Of a stretch of DNA of 64,000 nt, positions 36,614-44,253 are shown piece after piece (positions within the stretch are counted from its first letter, which is position 1; each line of letters begins with the position of its first letter). The position numbers and the translations under genes were made by a program. Location of the stretch: the IMG/VR virus record IMGVR_UViG_3300041413_000047, positions 14,541 to 78,540 of that record; one strand, given 5' to 3'. A model generated the notes under the pieces. That model had not been told where the DNA came from and made no database searches. It saw nothing but the letters and a program-made list of their open reading frames with translations. Origin of the DNA: a virus (Duplodnaviria > Caudoviricetes).

Positions 36614-37627
36614 TCATGACGGTTCGGGCCCGATGTTCTCCAGCCGCAGCCGCCACGGATACGTCGGGTGCGCGTACACGATGTTGCCGCTGCCGGTCCC
36701 GGTCCCCTGATGGGCGAGCGCCACCGTCACCAGCCCGGCAGCGATGTGGCCGGAGGCGACGGTGAACATGTCCGGCGATCCGGCGCGCAGGAACGAGTTG
36801 GACGGGTACATCGTCGGGTTGCCCTCGGTGGGCGGCGTGGCCGTGTCCGTGGTCGCGTACAGGGCGATGGCGCTGGCGTTGTCGAGGAGTACCCAGTCGA
36901 GGAAGTGCGCGCCGATGTGCATGAACGCGCCGTACACGCGGATACGGTCCCCGACGGCGGCAGCGATCGACGCCTTGAGTTGCGTGCCCCCCGACGTCTG
37001 GACGACCGTCCACGACGCTGCCGCCGGGAGCCCGGACAGGTTGTCGTCTGAGACGCGGACCGTCGCCGTCCTGACCGTGGAACCCCCGCCGGACGACGGC
37101 GTCTGCCACGTGGCTGCCGACCCGGAAGTGGCGGTCGGCACCTGCCCGACCGAAGGCGTTCCCGTGACCGCAACCCCGTTGACCTTCGCGACAGCCGGAT
37201 CCGGGTATGTGCCGGACAGGTCGCCGCCCGCCGGCCCTGTCGGGGTGCGGGAGTTCGTCAGCCGCGTATCGTCGGTGAACACCAGTGCGGCCGTGTCCGG
37301 GATGCCGTGCACATCCGTCGTGTCGGCGCTGTGCGCGGACACCGCGGCCGTGATGTCGGCCAGGGTTGCCGACTCCGTGGACGCGCCGACCGCCACGTCG
37401 AACGACTCACTGTCGATATGGATCCAGTAGCGGCCTTCCTCGACCCAGAACTCCAGACGGCCCGCACCGCTCGTCGCGGCCGGGTTCGCCAGCGGCACCG
37501 TCCCGCCGGCGTCCGCGTACAGGGTGGCGAGGGTGTTCGCCTCATGGAGGAACACCCGCGCCGTGACATTGGCGGCCAACTCGCCGGACGGGAACCAGAA
37601 CAGCTCGCTGTACTGGGCCAGAGCCAT
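36614..37627 (-). CDS. fibre / decoration-like structural protein
   Basis: N-terminal ATLYADAGGT..LANP domain, PTGPAGGDLSGTYPDP linker, beta-rich C-terminus. Confidence 0.65.
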   Translation of the reverse strand: MALAQYSELFWFPSGELAANVTARVFLHEANTLATLYADAGGTVPLANPAATSGAGRLEFWVEEGRYWIHIDSESFDVAVGASTESATLADITAAVSAHSADTTDVHGIPDTAALVFTDDTRLTNSRTPTGPAGGDLSGTYPDPAVAKVNGVAVTGTPSVGQVPTATSGSAATWQTPSSGGGSTVRTATVRVSDDNLSGLPAAASWTVVQTSGGTQLKASIAAAVGDRIRVYGAFMHIGAHFLDWVLLDNASAIALYATTDTATPPTEGNPTMYPSNSFLRAGSPDMFTVASGHIAAGLVTVALAHQGTGTGSGNIVYAHPTYPWRLRLENIGPEPS

Positions 37628-37647
37628 CGGTCCCCCTCAGGGAGTAG

Positions 37648-37682
37648 ACGAGCCCGGTCTCTAAGTAAGCGACCGGGCTCGT
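37648..37682. terminator. hairpin after the major tail gene
   Basis: ACGAGCCCGGTC / GACCGGGCTCGT, 12-bp stem. Confidence 0.75.
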
Positions 37683-37694
37683 GGACTGCGGGCG

Positions 37695-38372
37695 CTATGC
37701 GGCGAGCGTCGTCGGGTCGCAGGCGGCGGTCGGCGGGGCGGTCGTAGTCACGTTCCACACCCAGTGCTCGTCGTCCTCAATGGTCTCCCCGGCGGGCAGG
37801 TAGTCGTCGCCGACGAGGGCCAGCCACAGGGGGGACGCGGCACGGGTTTCGCTGGTGGTTTCCAGCGTCGACCGACCGTTCTCGATCATGTAGGCGCCGA
37901 GCTGTGTCGCGCCGACGTTGGGCCACGCGTTGTAGATGTAGCGCTGGTTACCCGAGGCGTCGCACGCCCCCTGCCCGGCGACCTCCTGCCACACCTCCAA
38001 GCTGTAGCGGCGCGTCGGGTTGCCCTCGGCGACCGCGAAGCCGGTACCGGTGGCGGGCGATCCCGTCGTCAGCTCACGCGCGGAGATCATCAGCGATGCC
38101 GACGACACGTTGATCGCACAGAACTGACTGGTGAGGTTCATGCGCTTCAGCGTCGGGTCGTCCTTCTGGTTCACGCACGCCTCACCCGACGCGGTGCGCT
38201 CGAAGAACTCGGTACCGTCCTCGTACTGCGGCTCCATGTTGACCTGCACGAACCCGGTCGTGACGGACACCAACCCGGACGCGCCGGTGATGGGGACGCC
38301 ACACGCGTCGAGTTCGATGATCCGCATGTGCGTGCCCTTGATGGGGGTTGCGCACGTGGAGACTGTGGCCAT
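37695..38372 (-). CDS. major tail protein
   Basis: 225 aa, Thr/Gly-rich; position; followed by a terminator. Confidence 0.8.
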   Translation of the reverse strand: MATVSTCATPIKGTHMRIIELDACGVPITGASGLVSVTTGFVQVNMEPQYEDGTEFFERTASGEACVNQKDDPTLKRMNLTSQFCAINVSSASLMISARELTTGSPATGTGFAVAEGNPTRRYSLEVWQEVAGQGACDASGNQRYIYNAWPNVGATQLGAYMIENGRSTLETTSETRAASPLWLALVGDDYLPAGETIEDDEHWVWNVTTTAPPTAACDPTTLAA

Positions 38373-38382
38373 GGTCTATCTC

Positions 38383-39261
38383 CTATTCGGTGGGCACGCC
38401 CAGGGCGATGTGCGCGGCCAGCAGGCAGCACTCGAAACCGATCACGTAGGTGCGTTCGGCTTGCATGCGGAGGGTGTTGGAGGTCCGGTCGAGGGAGTCC
38501 CGCAGCTGGGAGACATACGGATCGGACCGGTAGCCCCAGGCCGCGCCAGTGGCGTAGATCCATGCCGTGCCTGCGGTAGGAGCAGCACCGTCGGGGCCGC
38601 TGCCGGTGTAGCCGGTCCCGGCGACGATGAGGTTCCCGGCCAGGGTGACCAGGCGCCCGCTGCCGTCGTCGCGGGCGAGGTTCCATGCGTCGAGGGTGGG
38701 CAGTGCCGCACGCGGTACGTGGATGATCCCCTGGCCCTTGTAGCAGGCGGCGAGTTCCTGCTCCAGTGCGCCGAGCGCCTGCGCGACGTCCGCGCCGGTG
38801 ACGACCGGCGTGGCGACGGGCTGCAGGACCACGTCACCGTCCACGATCTCGGTGTCCGCACTCAGGTGGGGGAAGACGACGTCCTGGCCGCCGGCCGCGC
38901 CGGTCCAGAATGCGGCCTCGACCTGTGTCTGTTCGACGCGGGTGAGGGCATCCGACGCGATCACCTCAGCGCCCGCGAGACCGACCGGCGAGCACTCGAA
39001 TTCGGCGTGCACCGTGAACGGGAGCGCACCCCGAATGTTCTGCTCGACATTCGGGGTTTTGGCGGGAGGCTCCGGTGGTGCTCCGACCCCAGTGACGGAC
39101 AGGCATGCGTCGTAGGTGGTGGCACCGGTGGGGCAGCGTTCGATCCAGGTGACGCCGTTTCGCCAGTGCGCGTCGTCCGAGCTGGGGGTTTGGATCGTGT
39201 CCCACAGCCCGTACGGCAGGGCGGTGAACACGGTGGGCAGGTCGATGAGTTGGCGTGCCAT
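38383..39261 (-). CDS. second capsid protein (pentamer / minor capsid-like)
   Basis: Immediately after the MCP; LPYGL, WRNGVTW and AERTYVIG; arrangement recalls hexamer+pentamer actinophage heads. Confidence 0.6.
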   Translation of the reverse strand: MARQLIDLPTVFTALPYGLWDTIQTPSSDDAHWRNGVTWIERCPTGATTYDACLSVTGVGAPPEPPAKTPNVEQNIRGALPFTVHAEFECSPVGLAGAEVIASDALTRVEQTQVEAAFWTGAAGGQDVVFPHLSADTEIVDGDVVLQPVATPVVTGADVAQALGALEQELAACYKGQGIIHVPRAALPTLDAWNLARDDGSGRLVTLAGNLIVAGTGYTGSGPDGAAPTAGTAWIYATGAAWGYRSDPYVSQLRDSLDRTSNTLRMQAERTYVIGFECCLLAAHIALGVPTE

Positions 39262-39306
39262 ACGTGTTCACCACCCTTCAGTGTCGGTTCGGTTCACGGC
39301 GCCGGG

Positions 39307-41052
39307 TCAGACCCGGACCGTGCCGGACAGCAGCGCGCTGGTGGCGCCGTTGACGTTGAAGCCGACCGTGTACCGGCGCGACTCGTGGCCGACCTTGGCG
39401 ATGAGGTGCGCCTCCTCGGACCAGGCGGCCGTGTGGTCGTTGGTCTCGTTGAGGACGCTGTCGCGGATGACACCCAGGTCGAGGGTCATGCCGTTGCCGT
39501 GGACGAACGTGCCGGCCGCGTAGATGAGGAAGTCCGCGGTGGTCGGCCACGCGGTCATTGCGGTCGCGTTGCCGAACTGGCTGGCGCCGCGGACCTGCCA
39601 GTCGTTGACCCACTGGACGGCGATGTTGCGGGCGGTGAAGTAGCGGTTGACTTCGGCGAGGGGGATGTCGCCGAGTTCGACGCCGGCCTTCCACGCGAGG
39701 TCGGCCTGGATGACGTCGCGCACCCAGTACGGGAGGATCACTTCGAGGACGTCCTCGATGCACATGCCGTAGCGGGCCCGGTAGTCGGTGGCGGCGAGGC
39801 CGACCGCGTTGTAGATGCGGGGGGCTGCGGCGTCGGTGACGGCACCCCCGGTGATGGCGGTGGCGGCGGTGGAGCGGGCCAGCATGAGCGCGATGAGGCG
39901 GGCGTTGATGACGTGCGCGTGCGCGGCCATCAGCAGCTGCAGGGTGTTCGCGGTGGCCTCGGGGTAGGCGTCGTCGGTGAGGTTGCCTGCGGTGAGGCAG
40001 TACCCGTACGCCTCCAGGCGCTCCTCGTCGAAGTCGGGGCAGGGGACGCGGATGCACGGCTTGGTCGGGGAGCCGGTCGCGGCGGCGATGTCGTCGGCCT
40101 CGGTCCACAGGAACGGCGTCGACGTGTTGGAGAGGGTGGCCGCGAAGCCGGCGAAGGCGGTGCCGCCGCCGAGGGCGTCCGCGAGGGACGGGGAGACGGG
40201 GAACTCGATGCCGCCGCGGGTGACACCGAACGTCGGGAGGTCGATCATGCCCGACTCGCAGGCGATGTTGAAAAAGTCGTAGCGGGTCTCGGACGGGGCG
40301 CACCAGCCACCGCCAGCGACGAGTGCGGCCTGCTTGTCGGGGCTGGTGAGGAACTGGATGAGTTCCTTCATCTCGCCGCGCTTGCTGCGGTCGTCGACGC
40401 TGTGCGTGAACTCGTTGCGGATGCTGGCGACAAGCTGCTCGCTGGGCTGGCCGGAGGTGACCGGCATGCTGCGCGCCTTGCGGGAGGTCACGGTGGCGAG
40501 CGCGGTGAGGTTGTTGATGCCTTCGCCGCGGGCGACGCCGGGGATGTCGACGGAGGCGGTGACGGCGAGGCGCTGGGTGGGGACCTGCGGGGTGGGGGCG
40601 TGGCGGGCGGTCTCGGCGAGGGAGGCGGTGGCGCGGCGGGCCGCGTCGATGCTGCCTCGGCGTTCGCCCATGAGGGCGACCATGCCTGCGGTGACGCCCT
40701 TCGCGGCGGCGGCGGCGATGGCCTCCACGTCGACGACGGGGGCGACGGCGGGCGCGGCGCCTGCGGGTTCGCCGTGGACGCGCTCCTTGAGGGCGGCGAG
40801 CTGCTCGCCGACGCGGGTGCGCTGGAGTTCGGAGTTGGCCTGGGCGCGGACTTCGCGGACGCGGAGTTCGGCGCGGATGCGGTCGAGGTCGTCGGCGAGA
40901 CGCATCGCGTAGGACAGCGTGTCGGGGTCGACGTCGTCGATCGCTTCGACGCGGCTGAATTCGGCGGCGCCCTGGGCTTCGAGTGCGGTGAGGTCGTCGT
41001 CGCTGGTGAGGGTGAGGTTGTCCGGGGCGGAGAAGAGCTCGTCTGCGGCCAC
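39307..41052 (-). CDS. major capsid protein (HK97 fold, N-terminal scaffold segment)
   Basis: 581 aa with a coiled-coil N-terminus; ALVAGGGWCAPSETRYD, RGGI.FP, DSVLNETND..A.W.EE. Confidence 0.9.
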   Translation of the reverse strand: MAADELFSAPDNLTLTSDDDLTALEAQGAAEFSRVEAIDDVDPDTLSYAMRLADDLDRIRAELRVREVRAQANSELQRTRVGEQLAALKERVHGEPAGAAPAVAPVVDVEAIAAAAAKGVTAGMVALMGERRGSIDAARRATASLAETARHAPTPQVPTQRLAVTASVDIPGVARGEGINNLTALATVTSRKARSMPVTSGQPSEQLVASIRNEFTHSVDDRSKRGEMKELIQFLTSPDKQAALVAGGGWCAPSETRYDFFNIACESGMIDLPTFGVTRGGIEFPVSPSLADALGGGTAFAGFAATLSNTSTPFLWTEADDIAAATGSPTKPCIRVPCPDFDEERLEAYGYCLTAGNLTDDAYPEATANTLQLLMAAHAHVINARLIALMLARSTAATAITGGAVTDAAAPRIYNAVGLAATDYRARYGMCIEDVLEVILPYWVRDVIQADLAWKAGVELGDIPLAEVNRYFTARNIAVQWVNDWQVRGASQFGNATAMTAWPTTADFLIYAAGTFVHGNGMTLDLGVIRDSVLNETNDHTAAWSEEAHLIAKVGHESRRYTVGFNVNGATSALLSGTVRV

Positions 41053-41057
41053 GTTTT

Positions 41058-41112
41058 CCTCCGTGATCGAAGGGGGTTTGCGGGCTCTTTTTTCGCCCTT
41101 TGATCACGGAGG
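41058..41112 (-). promoter_or_regulatory. 5' UTR stem pairing with the capsid RBS
   Basis: mRNA CCUCCGUGAUC (41112-41102) is the perfect complement of GAUCACGGAGG (41068-41058), which contains the SD 5 nt before GTG. Confidence 0.75.
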
Positions 41113-41138
41113 TTAGCGCATAGCACACGAACGGACAA
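41110..41138 (-). promoter_or_regulatory. housekeeping-sigma-like promoter TTGTCC-N17-TAACCT
   Basis: -35 at 41138-41133 and -10 at 41115-41110, upstream of the capsid gene. Confidence 0.55.
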
Positions 41139-41244
41139 TGCGTCAATAAGTTCGTCGGACCGACAAACCTAATGGTCAGACGCTCGGAGCAGGCGGAGGA
41201 GGGGGCGGCGGACGGCGCCGCTTATTGCAACCGCACATGTTTGC

Positions 41245-44200
41245 TCACCTCCCTCCGGGGTGGGTGCGACGCGACAGCATGCGCATCACAACCCGCATCG
41301 CTTCCTGCTCCACATCAGCCTGCGAGCGGCCCCGCGCCACCTGCGGACGACCAGCAGCCACCAAGGCCTGCGGCTGCCCGGAAGCCACCCGCGCGCGCAT
41401 CTTCGGCACCGGGAACCCGGGCACATTCACCGCGAGCAGACCCACCAGCCGCAGTTGGCCGCCGATCCGCCGCCAGTCCCCCGACACCTGGCCCGCGGCC
41501 TGGAGTTCGTACACCTTCAGCGGGTCCGCGCCCGGCCGGACACTGCCCGCAACCCAGATGCCGTGCTGGTCGTTGCCGACCGCGACATCCGCGACCGCCG
41601 CACCCGTGTTGTCGTAGTGCTCCGCCGCCGGAGACGCCCCGAGATGCAGCGGCGCATGCCCGGTACCGACGGTGATCTGACCGACCGCCATCCGCTCGCC
41701 GCCCTCACAGACGACCTCACCGGTGCGGTAGTACGGGTGGGCGTCCTCGTGCGGCGGCTGAATGCACGTGCCCTCCTGCCCGATGTGGCAGGTCCCCCAC
41801 TGTGCGGCATGCCCGTAGATGCGCCCCTCGTCGGTGATGGTGATCGGCGTGGGCAGTGAGAGTTTCGGGTCGGCGAACCACGCGGCCGGCGCCCGCCACG
41901 GCTCGGTAACCGACGCGACAACAGCGCGGGGCGCCTTCGGCTTCTGCACAGCCGCCGCTTCGATGGCCTCGGCTCCGATCGGCTGGCCGCCGGCGACGAC
42001 GGCGCCCTCCTCGTCGAGGAGCGCGATGTACGCCTCGGCGAAAGCCGGGATGTCGACGAGGGTTGCGGCGCGGATGCGTCCGCCGTGGAAAATCATCTTC
42101 TCCGGCTGGGCGAAAAGCATCTCGAACAGGTCGTCCTCGCCGCCGTCTTCGGTGCCCTCGTTGGCGTCGTCGGGCCACACGAATTCGACGTCGGCGTCAC
42201 TGATGGAGTCGGCGTCGATGCTGACGCCGCGCAGGAACTTCCCTTCGATCTTTCCGTAGACCTTGCGGCCGTCGTCGTCGGACAGGTCGAGGACGCCTTC
42301 GCCCATGATGAGGCTGCCGTCGCGCCAGATCTTGTCGATGCGGCCGACGTTGACGGCGATCGTGCGGGCTTCGCCGCCGTGGGAGTCTTCCTTGTTCCAG
42401 CGCAGCGGGACGGGGAGTTCTGCCCAGGTGAGCGCATCGGGGGCGAACTCGCGGCCGTCTCCGGTGACCTGGCCTTCGATGGCGAGGGGGCCGCGCCACG
42501 GGGCGGTCTTGCCCGTGTAGTCCATGCTCTCGTCACCGTCGTCTGCGGGCTGCCCGTCGCCTTCCTCGGCGTACAGGGCGGCCTGCTGTTCCAGGGCTGC
42601 GGCCTCGCTGGGGTGGCAGCCCATCAGCTCGTCGGTGCCTTCCTGTATCACGGCCCATGGCGTGTCGGCGCCGCAGTCCGGGTGGTTTTGCTCGATGCGG
42701 TACGGCACGGCGCCGCCTCCTTCGTGGTGTGTCGGCGGCATTGTGGCCGCACTCGCCGCCAAGATCATTCCGGCTGCGGCTTGCTCACTGTCCTGCGGCC
42801 ACACGGTGACCAACGTGCCCCGACAGCGGGCACCCCCGAGGCAGCCCGTGTAGCCGCCGGTCGGATAGGCGGCGCGGGCGTCGGGCAGCGTGGTGTAGCG
42901 GGTGCCGTCGATCTGTCGACAGGGCTTGCAGGTATTCGTACTGTCGAGGATCTCTGTGGCCACGTACTCGGCGGGCGGCGCGACGGCGAGCACAGCCATG
43001 CGGCCCTCGTTCTGTGCGGCCGTCATCGCCGCACCCACCTGCTCCTCCACCGTCGCACCCGACAGCGCGGCAAGGTGCTCGTCGACCTGCGCGGCCACCT
43101 GTTCGCTACTGCCGGAGCCCCACACGCGCATCGCCTGCCGGACAGCGGACTGCACCAGGCCGACGCCAAGGACGCGCGCAGCCGTGCGGCCCATCTGCCG
43201 CAGCCGGTCACGGATTGCGGCGGCGGTGAGCGCCTCGTCGTCCAGTGACCAGTCCGGCACGGTGACGCCTTGCGCTTCGGCTTCGGCTTGCTGCTGCTCG
43301 CCCGCCTCCCGCGCGTAGGCGATCATGCGGGCGATGAGGAGCGCTGCCCCGTCGCTGGTGTCGACCGCGAACTCGTCGAGACGGTCGAGGTCGTCGGCCT
43401 CAGCAGCGGTCTGTACGGCGGCGGTGATCTGCTTGCGCTGCGCCTCCTGAATGTCGGCCCACGCCTCGACGGTGGCCTCGACGGCGTCGCGCCACGCCTT
43501 GTCCATGGCAGCGAAATCGGCGCGGGACGCGAGCTCCACCTCGGTGGGCTGACGGCGCAGCGGGCCGCTGGCCGTCAGACCCTCCAGCCCGAAGCGCCGC
43601 ACCGCCCGTGCTGGCAGCATGTAGCCGGAGTCGGGCCTGAAGGTGAACGCGCTGCCGTGAGGAATGAGCCCGCCAGACGCGTAGGCCGACTCTCCGCCTT
43701 CGACCGCACCGCCTCCGAGCGGCACGTCGGTGTGGTCCCCGGAAAACTCCACACGGACGCGGTCGAAGGTGACGGGGCCGAGCCGCTCCTCCAGCGCGAT
43801 GATGAGGTCGAGCTCATCGCTGTAGGCAGCGCAGAGGTGAGCTGCCCAGGGAGAATGCCGCTCCGGGACATCCAGACCGGCCCCACTCATGCGGAGCGCT
43901 TCGTACGCCATCTCATGGGCCGCTTCCAGTGAGCGGCCGTACTCCGGATCGTCTCCGACGTTCCACACCCACGACGGCTTCTCGGTGTTGGCGTTCCAGT
44001 GCGCCGCGCCGAAAAGATTCGACCGGACCAGAGGCATGCCCTCGGCGAGGGACCGGACGGAGTCGATGATGAGGGAGCGAGTCTCCTCGTCGAAGTCATC
44101 GCCGTTGCCGAGATAGCTCAGCGTCAGGTGCAGTTCGTCGGCCGCCTCCCCGCCCTCGATCGCCAGCCGCTCCGCATCCTCCACCGTCGGCATCAGGGCG

Positions 44201-44253
44201 ATCATCGCGCCGGACAGGTGTGAACCGTCAGCGGCGGCTGTCAGCGAGACCAT
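41245..44253 (-). CDS. head morphogenesis polyprotein: 2H phosphoesterase + MuF-like domain + capsid maturation protease
   Basis: HLTLSYLG...HLCAAY (2H); EILD..TC.PC..IDG...C.GG.RCRG (MuF); AIEG..TGDGR.F...ATLVDIPAFAEA (protease). GGAG RBS before ATG 44253. Confidence 0.82.
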   Translation of the reverse strand: MVSLTAAADGSHLSGAMIALMPTVEDAERLAIEGGEAADELHLTLSYLGNGDDFDEETRSLIIDSVRSLAEGMPLVRSNLFGAAHWNANTEKPSWVWNVGDDPEYGRSLEAAHEMAYEALRMSGAGLDVPERHSPWAAHLCAAYSDELDLIIALEERLGPVTFDRVRVEFSGDHTDVPLGGGAVEGGESAYASGGLIPHGSAFTFRPDSGYMLPARAVRRFGLEGLTASGPLRRQPTEVELASRADFAAMDKAWRDAVEATVEAWADIQEAQRKQITAAVQTAAEADDLDRLDEFAVDTSDGAALLIARMIAYAREAGEQQQAEAEAQGVTVPDWSLDDEALTAAAIRDRLRQMGRTAARVLGVGLVQSAVRQAMRVWGSGSSEQVAAQVDEHLAALSGATVEEQVGAAMTAAQNEGRMAVLAVAPPAEYVATEILDSTNTCKPCRQIDGTRYTTLPDARAAYPTGGYTGCLGGARCRGTLVTVWPQDSEQAAAGMILAASAATMPPTHHEGGGAVPYRIEQNHPDCGADTPWAVIQEGTDELMGCHPSEAAALEQQAALYAEEGDGQPADDGDESMDYTGKTAPWRGPLAIEGQVTGDGREFAPDALTWAELPVPLRWNKEDSHGGEARTIAVNVGRIDKIWRDGSLIMGEGVLDLSDDDGRKVYGKIEGKFLRGVSIDADSISDADVEFVWPDDANEGTEDGGEDDLFEMLFAQPEKMIFHGGRIRAATLVDIPAFAEAYIALLDEEGAVVAGGQPIGAEAIEAAAVQKPKAPRAVVASVTEPWRAPAAWFADPKLSLPTPITITDEGRIYGHAAQWGTCHIGQEGTCIQPPHEDAHPYYRTGEVVCEGGERMAVGQITVGTGHAPLHLGASPAAEHYDNTGAAVADVAVGNDQHGIWVAGSVRPGADPLKVYELQAAGQVSGDWRRIGGQLRLVGLLAVNVPGFPVPKMRARVASGQPQALVAAGRPQVARGRSQADVEQEAMRVVMRMLSRRTHPGGR
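42740..42773 (-). promoter_or_regulatory. internal late-type promoter CCGGAATGATCT..CACAAT (N22) inside the polyprotein
   Basis: Followed by AAGGAGG and an in-frame GTG at 42708. Confidence 0.6.

Noticed and set aside
31281-41103. Long + strand ORFs (e.g. 31281-33209, 38131-41103)
   Set aside because: Antisense shadows of GC3-rich minus-strand structural genes, with no motifs or RBS.
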